Assembly (NCBI GenBank): GCA_036444275.1
Contig: JAZGAD010000048.1
Location: forward strand, 18,542-82,541
Length of the DNA stretch: 64,000 bases
Source: Candidatus Hydrothermarchaeales archaeon
Lineage (GTDB): Archaea; Hydrothermarchaeota; Hydrothermarchaeia; Hydrothermarchaeales; JAZGAD01
Reading direction: 5' to 3'
In this document: in pieces, positions 35,998-45,454 of the stretch
How the letters are laid out: every line of letters begins with the position of its first letter
Position numbering within the stretch: position 1 is the stretch's first letter
The notes under the pieces: generated by a model
Databases searched by the model: none
What the model was told of the DNA's origin: nothing
The model's input: only the letters and a program-made list of their open reading frames with translations
Position numbers and translations under genes: made by a program

Positions 35998-38217
35998 ATG
36001 AGCGGTATAGGAGTCTTTCTTTGCAAGTGCGGTGGAAACCTGGGTCTAAACTTTAAGAAGATCGCAAAGGACATCGAAAAAGAGGAGGTAAAGGTAGTTG
36101 AGATTGTGGATCTCCTCTGCGCCGAGAAAGGACTGCCGCATCTAACGCAACACATACGCTGGAGTGATGAGAGGAAGCTTGATAGGGTTGTGATAGCGGC
36201 GTGCTCCCGGAAGAGGGATTTGTTCGTGCGCGTGCTAGAAGCCCATGATCTCGGGGAGGACTCCCTTGACCTAGTGAATATTCGCGAGGCCTGCGCATGG
36301 CTCCATGAAGACAAAAAAGCTGCCACTGAAAAAGCACGTTTAATGATAAGAAACGCCCTGCCGCGGGAAGGATATTTTCCAGAGACCATAAAAGTCGAGT
36401 CAGATCCAGGTGTTGTAGTGTTAGGGGGCTTGGAGGGGATACGCATAGCCGAGGAACTCCTTAAGTTAGGGGCCGTACCCCATGTAGTTACCGAGAGCTA
36501 TTTCAAGAAGGACTGCAGCTTATGTCTGGATTCCCAGCTCTGCAAACCCAACCATCGCCAGTGTCTGTATGACCTCCCGGAAGTTAAGACTTATCAAAGT
36601 TCAAAGTTCGTCGATATCTCAGGGCGTCTAGGCGACTTTTCTGTGCGCATAGAGCGGGATAAAAGCATAGACATGGGGGCCTGCGTAGAATGCAATAAAT
36701 GCATAGAAGCCTGCCCAAAAAAAGCGATAACATCCCCCTCAGATGGAGTAGGTCATGTCTACATTATTGATTCAGAGAAGTGCGATGAATGCGGAGCCTG
36801 CTCCAAAGTCTGCCCCACGAAGGCTATAACCCTAGAAAACGTAGAGGAGGTCATTAAAGCCGGGCACGTGATATCCTTTTCAGATTTACCTCCAAGGGAA
36901 GGCGTCTATCTCTGCTCTGGCGATGGAGTCAATGCATATGAAGAGGCACTGGCAGCCGCTATGGAAATATGCATGCACATGAGTGGTATGTATAAGGAAA
37001 AGGTCATTGATGCTAAGCCTGAGCTCTGCGCTAATTTCAATATAAAGGATAAGAAGTTCGACATAGAGGGCTGCACGCTTTGCTTAGATGCTTGTTCCTA
37101 TGGCAGCCTCTCCTCGGGTGATCTAGACGAATTCTCATGCCAGTATTGCGGCGCATGTATAGGAGCATGCCCCCAAGGCGTTACCAGGTGGATGGACTGC
37201 CCCCAAGCTGATATTCTCAATGAGATGGAAACCCTCTCGGAAGCTAAGCTCAGCCCAAAGGTACTGGCCTTCCACTGCTCTGAGTGCGGGGAGACAATGA
37301 TAAACACTGCGGGAGCTAACGGTGCTAGGTATCCGCCGGTTCTATCTATAGGGGTAAAGTGTTTGGGCAGCATCTCAGATATCCTCTTGCTGCGGGCTAT
37401 TGACCTCGGTTACGATGGAGTGATTCTCTCCGGCTGCATTTCTGGAAAGTGCGCCCATGGAAATGGCGTCAAAATAGCTGCCAAGAACATCGCATTTGTC
37501 AATAAGCTGCTCGTCCTCCTCGGTCTTCAAAAACGAGTGAAGATTATTCACAGCGACGTGGAAGACCCAGAGAAGTTCGCTAACAGCGTGAAGAGCTTCT
37601 ACGATAAGCTTAAACCCTTGCCGTCAACTCTGAAGAAGAAGCCCGTTGAGTTGGATACAAAGGAGATGACCAAGCGGCAGGCCCTTATTGCTCTCATTCA
37701 GGGGTTAACAGGGAAGATAGGTGTATCATCAGGGATCATAAAGGGCGATTTTTCCTTCGGCGACCTCCAGATAGATGAGAGGAAATGCACCCTCTGTTCT
37801 GCCTGCGCGATCCAGTGCTCAACTGGGGCATTGGAAACCTCGGATATGCCTAGGACCGATGGATGGGTTCCTGAGATAAAATTCACCCACGCGTACTGCA
37901 CTGCCTGCGGCATCTGCGGAGATATCTGCCCTGAAAAGGCCATTCATATTAACAAATTACTGGATATAAAGCGCTTCATCGAGATATCAGAGGAAGAGCT
38001 TAAGATAGAGTTGATAAAGTGCGAGCGCTGCGGGAGGCCCATAATGGCTGCTACTGCTTATAGTAGAATCTCCGGCGACCTAAGAGGTAAAGAGCTTGGC
38101 CTTCCAAAACTCTGCAGGGACTGCAGGGACAGGGTCAATATAGCAGAACTCCTCGGCTTAGACGTGGATGATGATAGCTTCAGGGTAATTGAGCAGGGTA
38201 AGAAGGTTGACGAATAA
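35998..38217 (+). CDS. HdrA-N / polyferredoxin / MvhD(FlpD)-domain Fe-S protein
   Basis: GVFLCKCG, IAACS and VNIREACAW (HdrA N-domain); several CxxCxxCxxxCP motifs; LAFHC..C, VKCLG and GYDGV..SGC..GKC.H (MvhD). Confidence 0.85.
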   Translation: MSGIGVFLCKCGGNLGLNFKKIAKDIEKEEVKVVEIVDLLCAEKGLPHLTQHIRWSDERKLDRVVIAACSRKRDLFVRVLEAHDLGEDSLDLVNIREACAWLHEDKKAATEKARLMIRNALPREGYFPETIKVESDPGVVVLGGLEGIRIAEELLKLGAVPHVVTESYFKKDCSLCLDSQLCKPNHRQCLYDLPEVKTYQSSKFVDISGRLGDFSVRIERDKSIDMGACVECNKCIEACPKKAITSPSDGVGHVYIIDSEKCDECGACSKVCPTKAITLENVEEVIKAGHVISFSDLPPREGVYLCSGDGVNAYEEALAAAMEICMHMSGMYKEKVIDAKPELCANFNIKDKKFDIEGCTLCLDACSYGSLSSGDLDEFSCQYCGACIGACPQGVTRWMDCPQADILNEMETLSEAKLSPKVLAFHCSECGETMINTAGANGARYPPVLSIGVKCLGSISDILLLRAIDLGYDGVILSGCISGKCAHGNGVKIAAKNIAFVNKLLVLLGLQKRVKIIHSDVEDPEKFANSVKSFYDKLKPLPSTLKKKPVELDTKEMTKRQALIALIQGLTGKIGVSSGIIKGDFSFGDLQIDERKCTLCSACAIQCSTGALETSDMPRTDGWVPEIKFTHAYCTACGICGDICPEKAIHINKLLDIKRFIEISEEELKIELIKCERCGRPIMAATAYSRISGDLRGKELGLPKLCRDCRDRVNIAELLGLDVDDDSFRVIEQGKKVDE

Positions 38218-38338
38218 TTTTGAATTTGATTTGATTGAATTTATTTATGCTAGCTAAGGTACAAACCAAAAAATTTGTAAATGCTAATTAAAGGGTAGAT
38301 TTTCCTATCAGTGTTGCATTTGGCATACGATGGTTTAA

Positions 38339-38560
38339 GATGAAATCAAACTATTCGAGGTAAAGCTTTCAATCTTTAGGGTTACTGATAAAGGTGGTGT
38401 GTGGGAAAATAGTTTAGCCTGCTCCATAGACAGCATTGAAACACCTCAAGATATCACAGGCGCCACGCATAAGAAGACAGATGCGTTGGACGACTACTTC
38501 ATAATAGTCGACGAATGGCCGCAGGAAAAAATCAAACTCACATTGACCTATACAAGATAA
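38339..38560 (+). pseudogene. Start-less 3' fragment paralogous to 42271..42564 and 49965..50465
   Basis: LSIFRVTDKGGVWENSLACSIDSIETPQDITGATHKKTDALDDYFIIVDEWPQEKIKLTLTYTR*, preceded by an in-frame TAA. Confidence 0.8.
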
Positions 38561-38595
38561 ATATGGAAAGTTCTACGAAGGTGCCCGAGTACCTT

Positions 38596-40170
38596 TTAAA
38601 AGTTAATCGTCTCAGTGGCCATGTCCACGGGAGGAGATTTCCCTGTTTGTTCCCATGCATTGTAAACCTTCTCTCCCGCATTGAAGTAGTCCCAAGGGTT
38701 ATCAATGTTTTCGTCTCTTAGGAACTCTACGAATTCCTTGGACGTGCTCTGGTACTTCAACGTTACCTTAACAGAAGTTGCCCCCACTGGAATCTCATAC
38801 TCTGTAACGTCCCAATTCTGGCCATCCGCATATTCGGCTCCTCTTATGTAGGCCATTGCAGCTTCGTATTCTGCATTCGTAAAACCCCTCGGGGGAATCC
38901 GGTTGTCTTTGTAGACGTAGTTGTTCAAGGCAAAGTGGAAGGAAGGGCCATCGGAATATCCAGGCACGTCCTTTGTGCCCGGCTTGGCTTCGTATACCTT
39001 TATCCCCTCGTCGTACGTGAGTTCACCAGTACGGATGTCATATCCCCCAGACTCCAAGATAACATTCCCCTGGGAGTCGTAGAATACTACGTTTAGCCAC
39101 ATCCTCCTCCCCTCGGGATAACCGGTTGGCAACTTGTGTCCCGCTAGGTTTGTGACCTTCACCCTCAGCTTTCCATCGCTGGCCGATAAGTCTAGGGCTG
39201 CGGCGCTCTGCAGCATATCTATCGCTAGGGCTTTGGTTCGTTTGAGAGCTGCCAACGTCTCTTCGTCAAAATCATACATGAGTGCTAAGACATCCGGCAT
39301 CCAAGCATTACCCCCGACGAACTCGTGTTTGTATATATCGTCCCGTAGCTTGACATTACTGGAATAACAGGCGTATCCCTCTACAGGGAGCATATGGCAG
39401 TCTTGACACTCTATACCTTCTCTAGCGAAGGCGCTGTATTTCCACTCACTGTAGGTCGTCTCCACAGGGGTAGTTAGATCATATACCGGGTTCAATATGT
39501 CGTGGCAGGTCCCACATAATTCGGATTTCGTGTGAAACTCTGAGTACAATGTTTTGTGCGGGGCATTCGTGTCGTTATATGGGCCGCGTCTCACGTATTC
39601 TGGTGATACTACATATTGGGAGTTCGCATGGACCTCGACATCTGGTTTAGATAATAATCTGCCGTCGGCGGATAAGGGGTCGACCAGCCTGTGGCAGAAG
39701 TCACATGATACTCCTTCTCCGAGGTCCTCCGATGTTAATGCAGAGCCATCAACGGGCTCTGATCTCCCCTCCAGCCAGCCTGTTGGTGTATGGCATCTGA
39801 GACAGTAATCCCCTACCTCAACTACGCCTTCAAGGTCCCTGTTCGAGATTGCATTCAAAGCTAAGAAGAGAGGGTCCCTTGCAGCGTGCCGCATCAGGCT
39901 ACCTTTCCAAGTATCATATGGAGAGTAATCCGCATAGCCTCCATGGCACGCAGCGCACGTACTATACGAAATTATCGACTGCGAGATATCACGGGGCTGT
40001 GTCCCCGGCAGGAACACCGGACTCGTGTGCTCTGGTTCCTCGACAGCAACAGGGTGAAAAATTTCCTCAACTGTAGCAGCAGGCCTCCTGAATACGCCGC
40101 TTCCCATCACTATTATTACAGCTGCCGATATTACTAACGCCGCTATTACGCCCAATACCCTCTTATTCAT
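38596..40170 (-). CDS. Membrane-anchored pentaheme c-type cytochrome (c554-like domain)
   Basis: CAACH, CLRCH, CDFCH, CGTCH, CQDCH; GHKLPTGYPEGRRMWL; N-terminal TM. Confidence 0.9.
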   Translation of the reverse strand: MNKRVLGVIAALVISAAVIIVMGSGVFRRPAATVEEIFHPVAVEEPEHTSPVFLPGTQPRDISQSIISYSTCAACHGGYADYSPYDTWKGSLMRHAARDPLFLALNAISNRDLEGVVEVGDYCLRCHTPTGWLEGRSEPVDGSALTSEDLGEGVSCDFCHRLVDPLSADGRLLSKPDVEVHANSQYVVSPEYVRRGPYNDTNAPHKTLYSEFHTKSELCGTCHDILNPVYDLTTPVETTYSEWKYSAFAREGIECQDCHMLPVEGYACYSSNVKLRDDIYKHEFVGGNAWMPDVLALMYDFDEETLAALKRTKALAIDMLQSAAALDLSASDGKLRVKVTNLAGHKLPTGYPEGRRMWLNVVFYDSQGNVILESGGYDIRTGELTYDEGIKVYEAKPGTKDVPGYSDGPSFHFALNNYVYKDNRIPPRGFTNAEYEAAMAYIRGAEYADGQNWDVTEYEIPVGATSVKVTLKYQSTSKEFVEFLRDENIDNPWDYFNAGEKVYNAWEQTGKSPPVDMATETINF

Positions 40171-40488
40171 TCCTACCTCCCTTCTCTCCCTGTTCTATAG
40201 CTAATAATGCGTAATACTATGACGCATAGTACCCCCATAATAGGTCAAACTTAAATTAACTTAAATCTTTTTCTTCTATGTACCTGAATTTCGGACTATA
40301 AAAGCGTTACGCTCTCCAATTTTTCATGGATCTCTCTGGCCTCAATCTCCGGGACCGAACACCACAATAAAACTGTCGTTAGATTTTTATACTCAGAAAA
40401 TCAGGTTAAATCAGGTTAATACATGCAAAAGGTTTGCGTACGTATCCCTAGAAACATTAATTATTGAATAGTAAGAATAAGAAAGAGA

Positions 40489-40812
40489 ATGAATATGAAC
40501 TGGAATATGCTTCTATTAATTGCTGGAATGCTTCTAATCTCAGGCTGCATAGGCCAAAGTGGAGAGAGCAAAATCGAACAGGTAAGCACGCCAGCACCAA
40601 CCTCTATAGATGCCAAGCCGATACTTGAGAAGAAATGCTCTGTCTGCCACAGCTTGGACAGGATACGATCAAAGAGGAAGACCTACAGCGGATGGGAAAC
40701 GACAGTAAAACGAATGCTGGACGTCAAGGGAGCTAGAGAGCGGGCTGGAATAACAGACGAAGAAGCAAAGACTATCATTGAATATCTAGCAACTACATAC
40801 CCAAGTGAATAA
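40489..40812 (+). CDS. Monoheme cytochrome c lipoprotein
   Basis: Lipobox LISGC, CSVCH, W..TVKRM (possible axial Met). Confidence 0.85.
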   Translation: MNMNWNMLLLIAGMLLISGCIGQSGESKIEQVSTPAPTSIDAKPILEKKCSVCHSLDRIRSKRKTYSGWETTVKRMLDVKGARERAGITDEEAKTIIEYLATTYPSE

Positions 40813-40818
40813 TGAACT

Positions 40819-40971
40819 TTATTCCTTTTTCTCGCGTCGCTTCTCTCCTCGCCCGAGTAATACGAAGAAGGGCAACATAATCAAAAAAACAATAACCAGG
40901 AATAGTATGATGCCCGAGCCGAAAAACAATACATATCCTGGGAGAGCGCCCACGACTGCATACACCCTCAT
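40819..40971 (-). CDS. Possible small membrane protein (may be frameshifted from the ATG at 41053)
   Basis: MRVYAVVGALPGYVLFFGSGIILFLVIVFLIMLPFFVLLGRGEKRREKKE*: hydrophobic core with basic tail. Confidence 0.4.
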   Translation of the reverse strand: MRVYAVVGALPGYVLFFGSGIILFLVIVFLIMLPFFVLLGRGEKRREKKE

Positions 40972-41065
40972 CCAAAAGCTCTTCAACAAGCGGGAGGCCC
41001 TCTGAAGTCTCCCCCTTGAAATTCATCTCCATATTCTCTTCAGTCTTCTCCATACTCCAACCTCC

Positions 41066-41167
41066 TTATTTCTTCTCAAATTCAGTAGCACCGCACTCAG
41101 GACACTTCTTGGGTCTGCACCTAGTATCTTTCTCATAGCCGCATCCAGAACACTTCCATACAGCCAT
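41066..41167 (-). CDS. 33-aa rubredoxin-like/zinc-ribbon protein MAVWKCSGCGYEKDTRCRPKKCPECGATEFEKK
   Basis: WKCxxCGY and CPxCG motifs; GGAGGTGG RBS; too short for the ORF track. Confidence 0.85.
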   Translation of the reverse strand: MAVWKCSGCGYEKDTRCRPKKCPECGATEFEKK

Positions 41168-41313
41168 CTTTCCACCTCCAATTATCTATTCCTAATCCTA
41201 TCCTAATCTAATAATTTGGGTAAATAAAGAAACTAAAACTTCAGCCTTAGTCGCTTACCCTCTTTTTCCATTATCCAACAATAGTATATGCCTTATCTCC
41301 AACTATTGTATTT

Positions 41314-41345
41314 TTCCTTCAACTATTCAACGTAATTTTTCTATA
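41314..41345 (+). repeat. 32-bp direct repeat, left copy
   Basis: ttccttcaactattcaacgtaatttttctata; one mismatch to 42151..42182. Confidence 0.9.
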
Positions 41346-41465
41346 TCTATAGTCTTTCAAGACGAAGGACAATACATTGTCAGACCATTCGGAGATACTG
41401 ATCAGTTCTATACCTTCAACTTGTAAACGTTAAAGTTTTAAAATAATACAAATATTATATGTAAT

Positions 41466-41699
41466 ATGAAGTTGAAAATCAATTGGGATCATAAGCGCTG
41501 CAAGCATTGCTTGGAAAGGATGTGGCTCCGCGGAATATCGGTACAAGACGTGAGAGAAAGCATTTTGAAAGGAAAGAAGGTGAGACAAAAAGAGACCAAG
41601 CTAATAGAAGCCTTCTACAAATATTATAGTGTCGTTTACGATGAAAAAAATTTCAAGAAAATAAGGAAAATTTACCCTGTGACTGTAAAGCTATGGTGA
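41466..41699 (+). CDS. DUF4258/RelE-like putative toxin
   Basis: H..ERM..RGIS..DV.E.I..G motif, ending YPVTV; very basic. Confidence 0.7.
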   Translation: MKLKINWDHKRCKHCLERMWLRGISVQDVRESILKGKKVRQKETKLIEAFYKYYSVVYDEKNFKKIRKIYPVTVKLW

Positions 41700-41704
41700 T
41701 GTAA

Positions 41705-42052
41705 ATGGAAGAAGTTCTACCCTACAACTGCACCTGCGGCGGTACTTTGAAGAAATCCCATTGTGAAATAGAGTTCTTTGGGATAGATTTTGGGCTTAAA
41801 GAATGCGAAATCTGCACCTCCTGCGGCTCAGAATACCTATCCGAAGAAACTATGAAAAAAATTGAGAAAGAGATAAAGGCCAGAAAAATCTTTGGGCTGG
41901 AAAGGAATGTAAAAGTCTCAAGATCTGGAAATTCGCTGGTAATACGCATTCCAAAAGAGATTGCTGAATTCATGAACTTGAAAAAAGACGCACTGCTAAG
42001 ACTCTTCCCAGTAGAAAGCAAAAGACTTGAGATTGAAGTTCTGACCGACTGA
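41705..42052 (+). CDS. Zn-finger (YgiT/MqsA-like) + AbrB/MazE putative antitoxin
   Basis: CTCGG...CTSCG, followed by KVSRSGNSLVIRIPKEIA. Confidence 0.8.
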   Translation: MEEVLPYNCTCGGTLKKSHCEIEFFGIDFGLKECEICTSCGSEYLSEETMKKIEKEIKARKIFGLERNVKVSRSGNSLVIRIPKEIAEFMNLKKDALLRLFPVESKRLEIEVLTD

Positions 42053-42150
42053 AATCATGTTGGAGAATCTAACTTCCACTGTCAGTTCCCTCAAGTATCG
42101 GCGTGGTCAATACTTCTGCAAGAAGTAAGGAAAATCAGTAGGTTCTATTC

Positions 42151-42182
42151 TTCCTTCAACTATTCAACGTAATTGTTCTATA
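42151..42182 (+). repeat. 32-bp direct repeat, right copy
   Basis: ttccttcaactattcaacgtaattgttctata. Confidence 0.9.
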
Positions 42183-42270
42183 ATTGGTGATACCATAAGT
42201 CTCATTATGGAAAAATTATACACCAAAAAATAGTTACTTGAGGAGATAAATGTAAGATTAGAGGGTTGAG

Positions 42271-42564
42271 ATGAATCATTATGATACAATCCAGATCGGA
42301 GATGCACGTGTATACTTTGAATTTGACCTTGAAGGCCCGAGTGGGGGTTGCTCCCCAATTTCGTCATGGGAGTTGTCGATCTTTAAGGCAACGGACACGG
42401 GCGGAGTATTCGAGGGCAGTGCACTATACACTATGGACAACATTGAAACACCCCAGGATATAACAAGCGACGTGCACAAGAAGACGGATGCTTTGGACGA
42501 GTACAGCATAGTAGTTGAGGAGTGGCCTGTGGATAGGATCAAACTCACATTGGCAAGGAGATAA
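42271..42564 (+). CDS. N-terminally shortened paralog of the 49965 lipoprotein (possibly a pseudogene)
   Basis: IQIG.A.VY.EFD, QDIT..VH..T.ALD.Y.I.VEEW....LTL shared with the 49965 protein; no signal peptide. Confidence 0.65.
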   Translation: MNHYDTIQIGDARVYFEFDLEGPSGGCSPISSWELSIFKATDTGGVFEGSALYTMDNIETPQDITSDVHKKTDALDEYSIVVEEWPVDRIKLTLARR

Positions 42565-42614
42565 TCATTAATATAAGGAAGTAAGAATCAGCTCAACAAT
42601 TACTATAAAAGGAG

Positions 42615-43037
42615 GTGAGAAATTTGGTATTCTCAATAGTAGAGGGGATTATTGCAGGCATTGTCGCAACGGTTGTAATGACAATACCGATGATGATAAT
42701 GGCTGCGAAGGGCAAGATGGAGATCAGCCCTCCGAAGATGCTGGCATCGAAGCTTGGGCTAGAGAAAGCGTGGATGGGAGTTCATTTCCTAGTAGGGATA
42801 GTATTCGCAGTGCTCTACGTGGTGATTTCGAATGCATTAGCTCTGGGAACGCACCCTATCGTTTATCCAACGATATACGCTGTTGCAGTTCCTTGGCTGA
42901 TACTGATGGTTGTGATGTTGCCCATGAATAACCTAGGACTATTCGGACTACAGAAATCAAAGACTATACCGGTAATGACATTCGCGATGCACGTACTATA
43001 CGGCCTTGCTATGGGTGCATCCTTGGCATTCCTCTGA
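42615..43037 (+). CDS. 4-TM membrane protein, DUF6789/DUF1440-like
   Basis: AGIVATVVMT, W.GVHFLVG, MLPM..LGLFG and MHVLYG; GGAGG RBS. Confidence 0.8.
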   Translation: MRNLVFSIVEGIIAGIVATVVMTIPMMIMAAKGKMEISPPKMLASKLGLEKAWMGVHFLVGIVFAVLYVVISNALALGTHPIVYPTIYAVAVPWLILMVVMLPMNNLGLFGLQKSKTIPVMTFAMHVLYGLAMGASLAFL

Positions 43038-43039
43038 GA

Positions 43040-43416
43040 AGCGCAGGAAGATACCTGACAACCGGACCCGGCGGGGACCCAAACGCAAGCACCCGAGATA
43101 CAGACCTTCTCTAGAGTTAAGATATGGGCATCTGGTGAAGAAGAAAAAGAAGAATCGTGTAGTCTCAATCACATACACTCCCGTATTCGGCGATCTTAAG
43201 GAAGATGAGATCTCAGCCTCTCGTGCGGAGAGGGGGAACCTGAGCATACAGATGACCAACGGCAGGATGGCCTGTAAGACCCTATGCCTCTCCAAAACAT
43301 TCCAAGACCACAAATGGGCGCAGAGCTTCAACGATGCAGTCCATAACTTTGCCAAGCATCATAAAAACCTCAGGTTGCTCAAACCAGACGGAATAAGTCG
43401 GAATACAAAAGTTTAA
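43040..43416 (+). mobile_element. Degenerate IS1-family transposase C-terminal remnant
   Basis: LRYGHLVKKKKKNRVV...VFG...ISASRAERGNLSIQMTNGRMACKTLCLSK...HNFAKHHKNLR resembles the IS1 pattern ISTS.IER.NLTIR..RRL.RKT..FSK...YNF..H..LR. Confidence 0.7.
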
Positions 43417-43449
43417 AAGTGGATTACCTTTAGCTGTTACACGAAGGTT

Positions 43450-45180
43450 ATGGCAAGCGCAGATTTAATTTTACTTCACGCACCAAGTGTCTATGATTTT
43501 CGAAAACATTCGATAATGTATGGCCCGGTTAGCGATTTGGTTCCTTCTGAGCCAATTTTTGAGATGTATCCTGTCGGTTTTACAGCTATTGCAGAGTATT
43601 TAAAACGGCATGGTTATTCGGTGCGGATAATTAATCTCGCGGCTTTGATGCTTAGAGATCAAAGATTTAATGCGGAAAAGAAAATAGAATCTCTTGACCC
43701 AAGTATCTTCGGCATTGACCTGCATTGGCTGGTCCATGCTCACGGAAGCATTGAAATTGCCAAGATTGTGAAGAAATACCACCCTGATATCCCTGTTGTT
43801 TTTGGCGGTTTTTCTGCCACTTATTTTTACAAAGAGTTGATTCAGTATCCAGAAGTAGATTTTGTGATTAGAGGTGATTCAGCAGAAGAGCCGATGCATC
43901 AATTAATAGAATGTGTTATCGCAAAGCGTTTGCCTACGTCAGTTCCAAATCTTGTCTGGAAGAATAATGGAGAAGTCCACGAAAACCCCTTCACTTATAT
44001 ACCCACTGATATTAATGACCTTGTCTTAGACAATACGCATATTATTGGATCCGTGCTTAAATATCGGGATTTGATGGGGCATCTTCCCTTTGTAGATTGG
44101 CTGAATTATCCCATTGTCCCTGTGTTTACCTGTCGAGGTTGCATTCGGAATTGTGTTACCTGCGGGGGATCGGCAACTGCCTCTAAAAATTTCTATAATA
44201 GAGATGAACCCGCTTTTCGTGACCCAGAGATTTTAGTAGAAGATATGAGAAAGATCCAGAAGATTATTAAGGGCCCTATCTTTGTTGTGGGGGACATCAG
44301 ACATGTAGGGAATGACTATGTTGATCGCTTCTTTTCCGCTGCTAAAAAGAGCGGGATTACCAATCAGGTTATTATTGAATTCTTTACACCCCCTCATGCT
44401 GATTTTCTTAAAAGGTTGCGTGATGTTTTCCCCCATTACATTGTGGAAATCTCTATAGAATCCCACGATGAGGAAGTGCGGAAAGCCTTTGGAAGAAACT
44501 ACTCCAATAAAGCCCTAGAAGATAGTATAGCTCATGCTTTGAAGTACAACTGCGAGAGATTTGACCTGTATTTCATGACCGGCTTACCCAAACAGACACC
44601 CCAGTCTGTTCTGGATTCCATAGAATACTGCAGATATCTTTATAAAAAATTTAATGGCGACAAACGAATAATGCCGTTTATCTCGCCCCTTGCACCTTTC
44701 TTGGATTGCGGGAGTATGGTTTTCCAAGAACCAGAAAAATATGGCTACCGCTTATTTTATCAGACATTAGAAGAGCACCGGCAGGCTTTACTCCAGCCAA
44801 GCTGGAAGTATATTCTTAACTACGAGACTGAGTGGATGACTAGGGACCAAATAGTGAAAAGCACTTACCAGGCTGCCCTAGAGTTAAACCGGCTTAAAGT
44901 TGAGTATGGAGTTATAGATAGGAAAGTAGCTGAGCAGACCGAAGCAAGAATTTTAAAAGCTATAGAAGTAATGGGGAAGATAGATAGAATTGTAGCTCTT
45001 GATCTTGGTGGCAGCGAGCTGCAAGAAAAAATGCAGAAGCTGAGGTCAGAATTGGAGACTGCTAGCGTTTCTAGTATTCATGACAAGAGGGAAATGAAAT
45101 TACCCACCAATTTTTTAAATTTCAGAATATCTGGTTTTATTGCTCTAATCTTCAATAAGTTATGTCGGCGCTCTCTTTAG
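43450..45180 (+). CDS. B12-binding radical SAM protein (TIGR04190-like)
   Basis: DLILLHAPSVYDFR, FEMYPVGF, GIDLHWLVHAHG, RGCIRNCVTCGGS and SPLAPFLD motifs. Confidence 0.9.
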   Translation: MASADLILLHAPSVYDFRKHSIMYGPVSDLVPSEPIFEMYPVGFTAIAEYLKRHGYSVRIINLAALMLRDQRFNAEKKIESLDPSIFGIDLHWLVHAHGSIEIAKIVKKYHPDIPVVFGGFSATYFYKELIQYPEVDFVIRGDSAEEPMHQLIECVIAKRLPTSVPNLVWKNNGEVHENPFTYIPTDINDLVLDNTHIIGSVLKYRDLMGHLPFVDWLNYPIVPVFTCRGCIRNCVTCGGSATASKNFYNRDEPAFRDPEILVEDMRKIQKIIKGPIFVVGDIRHVGNDYVDRFFSAAKKSGITNQVIIEFFTPPHADFLKRLRDVFPHYIVEISIESHDEEVRKAFGRNYSNKALEDSIAHALKYNCERFDLYFMTGLPKQTPQSVLDSIEYCRYLYKKFNGDKRIMPFISPLAPFLDCGSMVFQEPEKYGYRLFYQTLEEHRQALLQPSWKYILNYETEWMTRDQIVKSTYQAALELNRLKVEYGVIDRKVAEQTEARILKAIEVMGKIDRIVALDLGGSELQEKMQKLRSELETASVSSIHDKREMKLPTNFLNFRISGFIALIFNKLCRRSL

Positions 45181-45454
45181 AAGCCGGCACGGCCTTTAGG
45201 TTTTATCGAACTAGATGGTGTGGTCCCGTAACTCGCTGCGATAGTTAATAGAAAATGCATTCTACTCCAACTTCAGTCAGTGAGCTAAATTATAATATTC
45301 AACTTCAACAAGTCACTCAACCCATTTATGCATTGATTTCCATAGTTGTGAGGGGGCAAGGAATTTTCAAGCAAATAGTTTGAAGCAATAAAGGCGTGCA
45401 AGATTATTGGCACATACCCCAAAGCTTAAACGACCCATCCTATCATGACGGGCG

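Noticed and set aside
40793-41053. 86-aa ORF as listed, or TGA read-through in the alternative frame
   Set aside because: The C-terminal half looks non-coding in that frame, the hydrophobic frame 40819..40971 is more plausible, and there is no evidence for recoding.
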